Origin: Microcoleus sp. | Lineage (GTDB): Bacteria; Cyanobacteriota; Cyanobacteriia; Cyanobacteriales; Microcoleaceae | DNA length: 64,000 bases | Assembly (NCBI GenBank): GCA_052279835.1 | Contig: CP181291.1 | Location: forward strand, 4,896,001-4,960,000 | Direction: 5' to 3' | Shown: positions 10,488-19,212 of the stretch, one piece after another | Layout of the letters: each line of letters opens with the position of its first letter | Position numbering within the stretch: position 1 is the first letter of the stretch | The notes under the pieces: generated by a model | Seen by the model: only the letters and a program-made list of their open reading frames with translations | What the model was told of the DNA's origin: nothing | The model's database searches: none | Program-made: the position numbers and the translations under genes

Positions 10488-10624
10488 AATATTATGTTTG
10501 GTGTTTGTTGGTATTGATGATCGCCCAGTCAGCGACCTAATTGTGCATTTAAATTAATTATAACCGATCGCATTTATATGGTATACTTTAAATTATCCAG
10601 TTCCAAATTAAGATTTTTGCGCTT

Positions 10625-10828
10625 ATGACTATCATTCGTCAATACATTGCTCCATTGATAGCGGTATTAGTATTTTTCGCTGCCCTCGTAGCAGTCAGCG
10701 CTCGCATCTTTTTGCCGGCTGACATGGCGGCCCCAGCACCGATTGAGGAAGTGAGTCAAGAAAAGCAAGCGGCCTCGGTGCATCAGATTTTCTTGGGCTT
10801 CAACTATTCCCCGAACTGTGTGGGCTAA
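10625..10828 (+). CDS. Small single-TM hypothetical protein
   Basis: RQYIAPLIAVLVFFAALVAVSARIFLPADMAAPAP. Apparently co-transcribed with the GNAT gene. Confidence 0.7.
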   Translation: MTIIRQYIAPLIAVLVFFAALVAVSARIFLPADMAAPAPIEEVSQEKQAASVHQIFLGFNYSPNCVG

Positions 10829-10832
10829 TCAG

Positions 10833-11369
10833 ATGTCGGGGGATCTGATACCGGGCTATGGGCTGCGATCGGGTTCTGGACTCGATCGGGCAATTTTGGT
10901 AAAGTTTATGCACCGGACCTACGGAGAGCTTTACCCAGATGGGGAATTGGGACATTTGGCTCAAACCGTTGAGCAATATTTTTCCAAGCAGACGCCGCTT
11001 TGGTTGGTTGAGTGTCAGAACAACATGGGGGAAGAGGAAGCAAATTTATCGGCACTTCCGTCTTCTCAACCAAAGCCGAAATCTCAAGTTCAAAATCTCA
11101 AATCGGCTGTGGGATGTTTGTGGTTGGGAAATGCGATCGACCAATGCAGCGGGGAACGCTACTCTCACATTTTTCTGCTGTATGTATCGCGGGAACACCG
11201 CCGTCTGGGAATCGGTAAGTCCTTAGTTAATCATGCGGAAAATTGGGCAAAAAAAAGGGGCGATCGACAAATTGGTTTGCAAGTATTTATCAGTAATCAG
11301 CCAGCATTGAATCTTTATCAAAAATTAGGATATAAAAGTCATTCCCTCTCGATGATAAAATCTCTATAA
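10833..11369 (+). CDS. GNAT family N-acetyltransferase
   Basis: LYV..EHRRLGIG acetyl-CoA motif and NQPALNLYQKLGY. Confidence 0.88.
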   Translation: MSGDLIPGYGLRSGSGLDRAILVKFMHRTYGELYPDGELGHLAQTVEQYFSKQTPLWLVECQNNMGEEEANLSALPSSQPKPKSQVQNLKSAVGCLWLGNAIDQCSGERYSHIFLLYVSREHRRLGIGKSLVNHAENWAKKRGDRQIGLQVFISNQPALNLYQKLGYKSHSLSMIKSL

Positions 11370-11409
11370 TTGGTTAGTTGTTATTCGTTATTCCTGATTG
11401 GGGGCAGAC

Positions 11410-11472
11410 AACAGATAACTGCCAACCCATAACCGCCAACCCATAACCGCCAACCGACAACCGCCAACCGAC
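11410..11472 (+). repeat. Heptamer tandem repeat (AACCGCC/AACCCAT/AACCGAC, about 9 units), STRR-type
   Basis: Directly visible 7-bp periodicity. Confidence 0.85.
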
Positions 11473-11513
11473 TGAGTTGCCCAGGAGCATCCTCAGTGCA
11501 GTAGAGTTTTTTT

Positions 11514-12260
11514 ATGCACAATAACGACTACCCGATCGCCATTGATACTGACCTGGAACTGGAAAGCTATTTGGATCAACTCGAAGAATCCGAACCCCCG
11601 CTGCCAGATCCAGAGGAAATGCTGCCTTTACTCGAATCTCCAGAAGCTCAGCACCGAATGATGGCGGCGCGGGCTTTTTGCGAATTGCAAGACGATCGAG
11701 CAATTCCACATTTAATTATTTTGTTGAGAGACGGCTGCCCCTTAGTGCGGGTGAGCGCGGCCTATGCCTTGGGCAGAAATCCGAGTCCCGATGCTGTGGA
11801 ACCCCTGATTGACCAACTAAACCGCGATTGGAACGGTTACGTTCGCAAAGGAGTAGTTTGGGCTCTGGGCAATTGCCGGGATCATCGCGCTTTAGTACCT
11901 TTAATTGATGCTTTGAAAACTGATATTTCAGCGGTGCGTTTGTGGGCGGCCAGTTCCCTTGGTCAGATGGCAAAGGTTGGTTACTATGTGGTGATTGCTG
12001 CGATTCCGCCGTTGATTCAATCGCTGCGCCGAGATGCTGTGTCTGCTGTGCGAAGTAACTCTGCTTGGGCGATCGGGCAACTAGCCCGCGAATTGCCGAA
12101 TAATGTAGTGTATGCCGGGGCGATCGATGCTTTGATCGAAGCTTTAGAAGAAGACGAAGATATGGGCGTGCGAGAAGATGCTAAATCTTCGCTGTTGCGA
12201 GTCGGCGATCCGCGCGGTTTGCAGATAATTGAAGACTTGGAAATGGAAGGAAATTTTTGA
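11514..12260 (+). CDS. HEAT/PBS-lyase repeat protein
   Basis: Repeated VRxxAAxALG and LIxAL units. Confidence 0.88.
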   Translation: MHNNDYPIAIDTDLELESYLDQLEESEPPLPDPEEMLPLLESPEAQHRMMAARAFCELQDDRAIPHLIILLRDGCPLVRVSAAYALGRNPSPDAVEPLIDQLNRDWNGYVRKGVVWALGNCRDHRALVPLIDALKTDISAVRLWAASSLGQMAKVGYYVVIAAIPPLIQSLRRDAVSAVRSNSAWAIGQLARELPNNVVYAGAIDALIEALEEDEDMGVREDAKSSLLRVGDPRGLQIIEDLEMEGNF

Positions 12261-12312
12261 AATAATTAGTACAATAAAACACTATAGCCCTTCTCAGTCA
12301 TCTTCACATTCT

Positions 12313-12897
12313 ATGGTTGCCCAACACTTCTACATCTCCCCCGAAGACTACCTAGAAGCTGAGCGTGTCAGCCCCATCAAGCACGAGTACCGTCGGGGGC
12401 GTGTCTACGCCATGGCTGGGGCTAAAAAACCCCATGTGGTGATTGCTGGCAATCTATCGTCACTGCTCAATGTTCATCTGAAAGAGCAGCCCTGTCTTGT
12501 CATGGCCTCGGATATTAAGGTGAGGCTAGAAACAGCCGACTGTTACTATTACCCCGATGTTGTTGTAACTTGCCATCCAGAGGACATCACGACCACCGAG
12601 GATTTTATCCGCTACCCTAAACTGATTATTGAAGTGTTATCAAAATCGACGGCAAATTTTGATAGTACGGAAAAGTTTGCCGATTACCAAACCTGTTCCA
12701 CATTAGAAGACTATGTGTTAGTCAGTCAGACTGAGCAACAGATTGTTCATTACACCCTTAAGGATGGTCTATGGCTGCGACATGAAGTGACAGATAGAGT
12801 AGGGGTAGAACGATCGGGTTTTATCTATTTGCCTAGTGTGGATTGTGAGTTAACTCTGCCAGATATTTATCGCAAAGTACCAGGTCTTGAAGCCTAG
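12313..12897 (+). CDS. Uma2 family (DUF820) putative endonuclease
   Basis: Motifs ISPEDYL, KHEY, YYYPDVVVTC, LIIEVLSKST. Confidence 0.9.
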   Translation: MVAQHFYISPEDYLEAERVSPIKHEYRRGRVYAMAGAKKPHVVIAGNLSSLLNVHLKEQPCLVMASDIKVRLETADCYYYPDVVVTCHPEDITTTEDFIRYPKLIIEVLSKSTANFDSTEKFADYQTCSTLEDYVLVSQTEQQIVHYTLKDGLWLRHEVTDRVGVERSGFIYLPSVDCELTLPDIYRKVPGLEA

Positions 12898-13017
12898 ATT
12901 GATCTACTCACCGCCCGCTTCCGTGAACAAGAAAAGCCGTCCTAGAACAACGGGGTTTTAAACCCAGTTTTCTGATAAAAAAGGATGCTCCCCTCAGATT
13001 TCGGATAAGTCCTAATG

Positions 13018-13791
13018 CTAATCTAACAAGTCAGGTTCCCGACGCACTATCATATCGTAAAGCGGTTGAAAGCTAAACCATCCCATGCGGTGCGAGCCTA
13101 CTTGCTGCTGAGTTAAATGCGCGTATTCTGGTTTGATTAAAATCGGTTTTCCCGCTGCTTCTGCCATTAATTGCGCTTGACAACAACGTTCCATGGCAAT
13201 AAACCACCAAGCCGCTTCATCTACTGTTTCACCCACTGTTAATAGTCCGTGATTTTGGAGAATAATCGCTTTTTTATCACCTAAACTTTTGGCAATACGT
13301 TTAGCTTCTTCGATTTCCAAAACAACTCCGGTGTAATCGTCAAATAAAGCGTGGTCATGGTAAAAAGAACAAGCATCTTGCGTTAGGGGGTCTAGCAGGC
13401 GACCCAAACTCGACCAACTTTTACCGTAGGGGGAATGGGCGTGGGCTGCGGCAATTACGTCGGGCCGCGCGCTATGGACTTGGGAATGAATGGCAAAAGC
13501 GGCTTCGTTTACGGGTTTATTTCCTTCTACAACTTCGCCTTTGTGGTTGACTAAAATTAGGTCGCTGACTCGAATTAAACTGAAGTGCATTCCAAAGGAA
13601 TTGACCCAAAAATGGTCTAGGTGTTCGGGATCGCGGACGGTAATATGTCCGGCAATTCCTTCGCTGAATCCGAAGCGGGCAAATAATCGAAATGCTGCTG
13701 CTAGACGCTGTTTGCGGTGGCTGCGTTCGGCTTCTATTGAGTTGAATGTTGGGGGTTGAATTGTGACTTTGGGAACTTTGATTGCGACCAT
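13018..13791 (-). CDS. Class II aldolase/adducin family protein (NovR/CloR-like fold)
   Basis: Motifs EGIAGHITVRDP, AAFAIHSQVH, AAHAHS, ILQNHGLLTVG. The upstream ORF extension is heptamer-repeat sequence. Confidence 0.88.
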   Translation of the reverse strand: MVAIKVPKVTIQPPTFNSIEAERSHRKQRLAAAFRLFARFGFSEGIAGHITVRDPEHLDHFWVNSFGMHFSLIRVSDLILVNHKGEVVEGNKPVNEAAFAIHSQVHSARPDVIAAAHAHSPYGKSWSSLGRLLDPLTQDACSFYHDHALFDDYTGVVLEIEEAKRIAKSLGDKKAIILQNHGLLTVGETVDEAAWWFIAMERCCQAQLMAEAAGKPILIKPEYAHLTQQQVGSHRMGWFSFQPLYDMIVRREPDLLD

Positions 13792-13802
13792 ATATTTTGT
13801 GA

Positions 13803-13853
13803 TTGGTAATGGGGAACGGGGCATGGGAAATGGGGAATTGGGCCTTGGGAATT
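13803..13853. repeat. Degenerate heptamer repeat (GGGAATT/GGGCATG-like)
   Basis: ttggtaat ggggaac ggggcat gggaaat ggggaat tgggcct tgggaat. Confidence 0.7.
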
Positions 13854-13896
13854 TTCTTCTTTCTGCCCTCGGACTTCTTTCCATCCGTTACATTCC

Positions 13897-14577
13897 TTAC
13901 ATAATCCGTTGCCGAACTTCTTCGCTGAGGCGTAAACCTGCGATGTTTTTGCAGTCAAAGGTGGCGTTGTTGCCGGGGTGGCGTTCGATTAATTCGATGA
14001 TTTGTCCGGCGGGGTTTTGCAGGAACCACTGAGTTAAGGAGCTGGAATTTAGAGGCTGCTGGGATAGGGGTTTGAAGTTTTTATTGTGCCATATTATAGC
14101 AGCATTTTTCACGTTTTCGACTCGAATCGCGACGTGGTGAACTGCTTCTAATCCTCTTTGTTGTTGGAAGCGGTATGTTTGGTCGCCTGCTGCGTGGGGT
14201 GCATCTAATACGACTAAGCCGCCGGCGGGCATTAATAAGGTCATTAAATGCAGCCACAAATCTGAGGGAATATTAATGTTTTCCGCACAAAAGTTAATGG
14301 GAAATAAGTCTGGTCCTTCGACTGTTTTTGCGCCGAAGGGGCGGAAAGATTGGGCGTATTTTTCTAAGGCTGTGCGACTGGGAAATGTGATGACAAAGTG
14401 GTCGATCCAAACAGGTTCTTCGTACAGGTTTGTCTCAAAATTCCAGTTGGTTAAAAATTCAGGAGTTGTAAATTCTGGGTGGAGTTCCAGTAAGCCATTT
14501 GTTTCGATGAAAGGTGAGTCAAAATGGCATTCCAAGTTGCGATCGACTTCTGGGGTTTTCAGCTTTAAGTTTTTCAT
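13897..14577 (-). CDS. VOC/glyoxalase superfamily protein resembling the catalytic domain of 4-hydroxyphenylpyruvate dioxygenase (HPPD)
   Basis: IDHFVI, VHHVAIRV, LTQWF, IIELIER and F..KNI..L match the order and spacing of HPPD C-domain motifs. Confidence 0.7.
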   Translation of the reverse strand: MKNLKLKTPEVDRNLECHFDSPFIETNGLLELHPEFTTPEFLTNWNFETNLYEEPVWIDHFVITFPSRTALEKYAQSFRPFGAKTVEGPDLFPINFCAENINIPSDLWLHLMTLLMPAGGLVVLDAPHAAGDQTYRFQQQRGLEAVHHVAIRVENVKNAAIIWHNKNFKPLSQQPLNSSSLTQWFLQNPAGQIIELIERHPGNNATFDCKNIAGLRLSEEVRQRIM

Positions 14578-14702
14578 GTGTTTGACCCGATGTTGACTAG
14601 GCAAAACTGCGAATTTTTTTTACAGGCTGAACAGGACGCACAATTTATCCGTTTCATCTAGAAATTAACACAAATTTTAATATTTGCCAGTAATTCGCCT
14701 GT

Positions 14703-15965
14703 TCATGTGCCGATCGCACTTCCAGCCAGCCACGCCGTAGTCCACGCACTTTGGAAGTTGAAACCACCTGTTACGCCGTCGATATCCAAGATTTCCCCAG
14801 CAAAGTATAGTCCCCGACAGCGACGACTTTCCATTGTCTTGAAATCCACTTCTTTTAAGTTAACGCCCCCACAGGTGACGAATTCTTCCTTAAATGCGCC
14901 TTTTCCTGTTATCTGATATTCGCCTTGGACGAGCTCTTGGAGGAGTTTGTCGAGGGTTTTATTGGAGATATCGGCCCAGCGTTTTGGCTCGTCAATGCCG
15001 ATCGCACTTGTCAAACGTTCCCACAGGCGACGCGGAATCGGAAACGGACAACTAGAGACAACCAATCTGTGAGACAACTGGGACTTCACCCCTAACAATT
15101 GCTGTCGCAAAACTTCTGGGTTGTACTGGGGAAGCCAATTTATTAATACAGGAGCTCGATAATGGCGATCGTGCAAAAATCTCGCACCCCAAGCCGAAAG
15201 TTTGAGTACAGCAGGCCCACTCAAACCCCAGTGAGTAATTAACAAAGGCCCGCTTTGTTCTAATTTGGCTCCTGGCAATTTTACCTTAGCATTAGCAACA
15301 GAAACTCCAGCTAAGTCTTGAATTCTGCTATCAGAAATGTTAAAAGTAAATAGAGAAGGAACAGGCAGTTCGATGGTGTGGCCTAAATCTTTTGCCCACT
15401 TGAAACCAGAGGGATTGCTACCAGTAGCCAGAAGCAGGCGATCGCACTTTAATTGTTCCCCCGACTTCAACTCAATTTCAAACCTAGGGGCGGAGGACGG
15501 TGCGTGCCCGTCCTCCCCGATATCCGAGGTTAATTGCTTGACCGAAACTACCGCATCACCAGTGCGAATTTGCACCCCAGCATCCTCAGCGGCCCGGATC
15601 AAACAATTAACAATTGTCGCCGAATCATCTGTCACGGGAAACATTCGCCCATCAGCTTCAGTTTTCAATGTAACAGAATGACTAGCAAACCATTCGACAG
15701 TATCGCGAGGTTGAAATCGAGTAAATGCACCGCGTAGAGCTTTCCCTCCTCTGGGGTAATTCTGTACTAAAATAGCAGGGTCAAAACAAGCATGAGTTGC
15801 GTTGCAGCGGCCCCCACCAGAGATGCGAACTTTTGCCAGGAGTTGCCTCCCAGCTTCTAATAAAGTGACGCGGGCTTGGGGGTACATTTTAGCACAGGTA
15901 ATTGCACTAAAAAACCCCGCTGCACCGCCACCGATGACTGTAATTTTAAGGCTTCGATTGGACAA
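14703..15965 (-). CDS. HI0933/BaiN/YhiN family flavoprotein (NAD(P)/FAD-dependent oxidoreductase)
   Basis: Motifs GGGAAG, KVRISGGGRCN, GRMFP, LITHWGLSGPA, VTCGGV, GEILDIDGVTGGFNFQ. TTG start. Confidence 0.92.
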   Translation of the reverse strand: MSNRSLKITVIGGGAAGFFSAITCAKMYPQARVTLLEAGRQLLAKVRISGGGRCNATHACFDPAILVQNYPRGGKALRGAFTRFQPRDTVEWFASHSVTLKTEADGRMFPVTDDSATIVNCLIRAAEDAGVQIRTGDAVVSVKQLTSDIGEDGHAPSSAPRFEIELKSGEQLKCDRLLLATGSNPSGFKWAKDLGHTIELPVPSLFTFNISDSRIQDLAGVSVANAKVKLPGAKLEQSGPLLITHWGLSGPAVLKLSAWGARFLHDRHYRAPVLINWLPQYNPEVLRQQLLGVKSQLSHRLVVSSCPFPIPRRLWERLTSAIGIDEPKRWADISNKTLDKLLQELVQGEYQITGKGAFKEEFVTCGGVNLKEVDFKTMESRRCRGLYFAGEILDIDGVTGGFNFQSAWTTAWLAGSAIGT

Positions 15966-15977
15966 TTTTTTCCTCGC

Positions 15978-16136
15978 TTATTCTGGTTCAAAATCTGATT
16001 TTTGTGCGCCGCAAGTGGGGCAAACCCAATCATCGGGCAGATCCTCAAAGGCAGTACCGGGAGCTATTCCCGATTCCGGGTCGCCCACTTCTGGGTCATA
16101 GACGTAATTGCAAATCTTACAGACGTATTTTTTCAT
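15978..16136 (-). CDS. Rubredoxin (52 aa)
   Basis: Not in the ORF track. Manual translation gives [52 protein letters not shown], with two CxxC motifs. Confidence 0.95.
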   Translation of the reverse strand: MKKYVCKICNYVYDPEVGDPESGIAPGTAFEDLPDDWVCPTCGAQKSDFEPE

Positions 16137-16205
16137 TGAGCCACTGAGTTTGAGGTGGTAAATATCTATATTGTACTTGACAAAGTAACATTAGTATTAT
16201 CTTGA

Positions 16206-16308
16206 TACCAATTTTAAAAAAGAATGCAACAGTAGTCTTGTCCCTCCCCTTTATAAGGGGGGGTTAGGGGGGGTCAAAGATTCTTACACGATTTTAGATA
16301 AATGGTAT
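16206..16308. mobile_element. MITE-like element with ATACCA...TGGTAT ends and an internal CCCCTTTATAAGGGG hairpin
   Basis: Terminal inverted repeats flank TCCCTCCCCTTTATAAGGGGGGGTTAGGGGGGG. Confidence 0.6.
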
Positions 16309-16457
16309 AATTTTCCCATAGCACCCTTCTTTAGGCAAGTTTTCAACTATTACACATTCTGTTTTTCCCAATCTACCATCTAAAATTGCACAAGCCCCCA
16401 GAACCGAAGTTCTAGAGGCTAAACTCTATCTTTTATTAATTTACCACTTTCTGGGGA

Positions 16458-17225
16458 CTACACTTTGACTAAAGGCTTGGTCCAAACGCCATGTTCATCT
16501 TCTTCGTACTGCTGATGAATAGTTTCCCATGCGGTATGTTCCGCTTGTATAGAGTCTTTGCTTTCATCAAAGGCGGCGTTGTAGGATTCCATAAATGTTT
16601 TTTGAGCTGCTTCCGACAGGTGCGATCGCACTTCTGGAGACAAATCTGCCGGACTATTACAACGACCTGTGCAAGCTCGTGGCAATGTCATTTCGCTAAT
16701 AGCTATTTCTTCGCCACCCGCACTTTCTAATAATAGTTGAAACTCGCCACTTCTGTCGGCTGGAACTTCTGCCATTACCAGAAATTCTCCTGCTTCCACG
16801 CGGGTTTGATAAATAGTTGCTTTGTCTTCGGGCATTCCCAAAGCGACTAAGGCCGAGACTAAACCAGCACCCGCAGAACCGGCGATCGCCCCACTAGCTG
16901 CACCCAACAATACAGCACCCAAGGGACCCGCCGATACTACAGCACCGACAAAGGGAATAAACAACACGCCAACACCTGTTAGCAAACCCAAAAAAGAACC
17001 GAATAAGGAACCAAAAATCGCCCCACTTCGCAAGCCACCTAAAATTACATCTTTTTTAGTCAGAAACCCAGCAATTTTAGTTTTGGACTGAAAATTTTTC
17101 CCCATTACTGAAATGTGGTCGCGGGACACACCGCGATCGAGCAGCCGTCTAATCACACCGTCTAATTGTTCTTCTTCTTTAAATACGGCTGACACTGTAC
17201 GTTCTGCTAAATATGCTTCTGTCAT
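16458..17225 (-). CDS. General stress protein-like membrane protein with a C-terminal ChaB domain
   Basis: Gly/Ala-rich hydrophobic hairpin. C-terminal [18 protein letters not shown]...AW..I...Y is a ChaB pattern. Confidence 0.8.
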   Translation of the reverse strand: MTEAYLAERTVSAVFKEEEQLDGVIRRLLDRGVSRDHISVMGKNFQSKTKIAGFLTKKDVILGGLRSGAIFGSLFGSFLGLLTGVGVLFIPFVGAVVSAGPLGAVLLGAASGAIAGSAGAGLVSALVALGMPEDKATIYQTRVEAGEFLVMAEVPADRSGEFQLLLESAGGEEIAISEMTLPRACTGRCNSPADLSPEVRSHLSEAAQKTFMESYNAAFDESKDSIQAEHTAWETIHQQYEEDEHGVWTKPLVKV

Positions 17226-17443
17226 TTTTCGGACCTTCAGTTTTGGTTGATTAGTTACGATTTTTAGTATATGATTACATCCTAGGCTAATCGCATCGAC
17301 CTTGAGATAGAGGTCTCTAGCTAGCAGTTCTCTGGGTACTCTATCAAAGGAGTTAAAATTTAATTAAGCTGATTCTACCTGTCAGAGCGTGGTTTTTCTG
17401 AAGATTTATATAGTAGAGTAACTCAATTTTTATAGGTTAATTA

Positions 17444-18118
17444 ATGCAGCTAGCACCTTTATTTCCAGTTGTTCACCCGATTCTCAAAACAGCTTTTCCC
17501 GGATGCTTGTGGACGGGAGATGTCAACAGTCGCAAAATTGCCCTAACTTTTGATGACGGACCCCACCGACAGCACACACCTCAACTGTTAAAAGTTTTAG
17601 ACAAATATAATATTACAGCTAGTTTTTTCTGGCTGGGTTTTTGCGTTGACAGACACCCAGAAGTGGCTAAACAAGTTTGCGATCGCGGACACTGGATCGG
17701 TCTCCACGGCTACCAACACGTAGCCTTTCCCAAACTTAAACCACAGGAATTAAAGCAAAGTTTAGAAGATACGCAAAAAGCTATTTCCAAAGCTTGCAAT
17801 TTAGACCCAAAATTAATCCGCGATGTGCGGCCTCCCAATGGCTTTTTTACACCTCAAACACTCCAGTTATTAAAACAGTGGGAATATCGCCCTGTGATGT
17901 GGAGTGTTGTCCCAGAAGATTGGGTGCGGCCGGGGGTTTTGACAGTTGTCAACCGCGTCATGGAGCAAACTGGAAACGGTTCAATTATTGTACTGCATGA
18001 CGGTTATTGCGGTGGCGAAGATGTGGCGGCGGCTGCGGCAAAAATTATTCCCTTGCTTTTGGCAAGAGGTTATAATTTTGTTAGCATAGACCAACTTTGG
18101 CAACAGGTCAAAAATTAA
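17444..18118 (+). CDS. Polysaccharide deacetylase (NodB/CE4)
   Basis: Motifs ALTFDDGP, HxxxH (HGYQH), RPPNG, IIVLHDG. Confidence 0.92.
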   Translation: MQLAPLFPVVHPILKTAFPGCLWTGDVNSRKIALTFDDGPHRQHTPQLLKVLDKYNITASFFWLGFCVDRHPEVAKQVCDRGHWIGLHGYQHVAFPKLKPQELKQSLEDTQKAISKACNLDPKLIRDVRPPNGFFTPQTLQLLKQWEYRPVMWSVVPEDWVRPGVLTVVNRVMEQTGNGSIIVLHDGYCGGEDVAAAAAKIIPLLLARGYNFVSIDQLWQQVKN

Positions 18119-18137
18119 CTCATTTCAGCATTAATTC

Positions 18138-19127
18138 ATGAAAAAAGCACTGTTTATTGCATCTATTGGTTTTTTGAGTGCCGGAAGGGCGATCGATCTG
18201 ATGCCTGCTGTCGTTATTGCACAGCCTCCAATTGTAGCACAGCAGCCGCCAGCTACGAACAACTCCATACCCATTCGCACCTCCCAACCCCCTCAAATCC
18301 AAATCATCAACCTGGGAGCAGAACCGCGACAGCAAATGCGTTTAAAACCCGCTCTGAATGTCAAGCAAACAACCTTGATGACTCTCAAAATGGGCATGAA
18401 AATATCTGCTAGCGGTCAGTCTACCCAGGAAATAAAAGTTCCCACATCCGTGGTGACTATGGAAACAGAAGCTACTAAGATTGATGCCAATGGCGATATT
18501 CACTATCAGTTTTCTTACACTAAGGCAGATGTCACTAGCGATAGTACCAATGCTCCCGCTTCTGCCCTGGAAAGTATGCGTTCCGCTATCAAAAAACTGG
18601 TAGGATTGAAAGGCTCTTTCATCATGGACAGTCGCGGTTTCAGTAAAGGAGGTGACTTTATTGTGCCAGAAGGAGCTGACAATAACTTCAAGCAAATAAT
18701 TAGACAAATGTCTCAATCTATAGAGCAACTTTCAGTGCAACTGCCGGCAGAAGCAGTCGGCAAAGGAGCTAAATGGAGATTGGATTTTCCGCTAAATTCT
18801 AACGGAATTAATGTCAACAATATTGCTACCTATGAATTGATGAGTTTTCAAGAGGGAGTTGCAGTTTTGAATATAGGTTTAGAACAGCAAGCAAAACCCC
18901 AAAGTGTCAACTCGCCCCAACTTCCGGCCGGCTCTAATATAAATCTCCAATCTTTGGCTTCTCAAGGTAGGGGAGAATCCACAATCCGGTTGGATAAATT
19001 AATGCCTGTTCGGTCTGCTGTTTCTATGAATTCCAATAGCGAAATGAGTGTTAAAAGGGCTGGTAGTCCTCAAGAATCGACAATAAAAACTCAATTGGCG
19101 ATGGAGATTACTTTAGATTCTCAATAA
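18138..19127 (+). CDS. Secreted hypothetical protein (DUF6263-like beta-rich)
   Basis: Signal peptide, GAEPR, and LPAEAVGKGAKW motif. Confidence 0.65.
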   Translation: MKKALFIASIGFLSAGRAIDLMPAVVIAQPPIVAQQPPATNNSIPIRTSQPPQIQIINLGAEPRQQMRLKPALNVKQTTLMTLKMGMKISASGQSTQEIKVPTSVVTMETEATKIDANGDIHYQFSYTKADVTSDSTNAPASALESMRSAIKKLVGLKGSFIMDSRGFSKGGDFIVPEGADNNFKQIIRQMSQSIEQLSVQLPAEAVGKGAKWRLDFPLNSNGINVNNIATYELMSFQEGVAVLNIGLEQQAKPQSVNSPQLPAGSNINLQSLASQGRGESTIRLDKLMPVRSAVSMNSNSEMSVKRAGSPQESTIKTQLAMEITLDSQ

Positions 19128-19212
19128 GTGCTAAATCAGGGTAGAATACCTAATACTATGTAAACCTTGCGTAAGTTTCGATCGCAAATGTGGTGACAAA
19201 GGAGGATGCTGT

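Noticed and set aside
3126..12897. Two Uma2 genes as an anti-phage defence system
   Set aside because: Uma2/DUF820 genes are highly expanded and scattered in cyanobacteria. There is no adjacent methylase, ATPase or other defence gene.
863..15965. Functional link between dusB and the YhiN-like flavoprotein (both possibly forming dihydrouridine)
   Set aside because: They are 13 kb apart on opposite strands with unrelated genes between them, so this is most likely coincidence.
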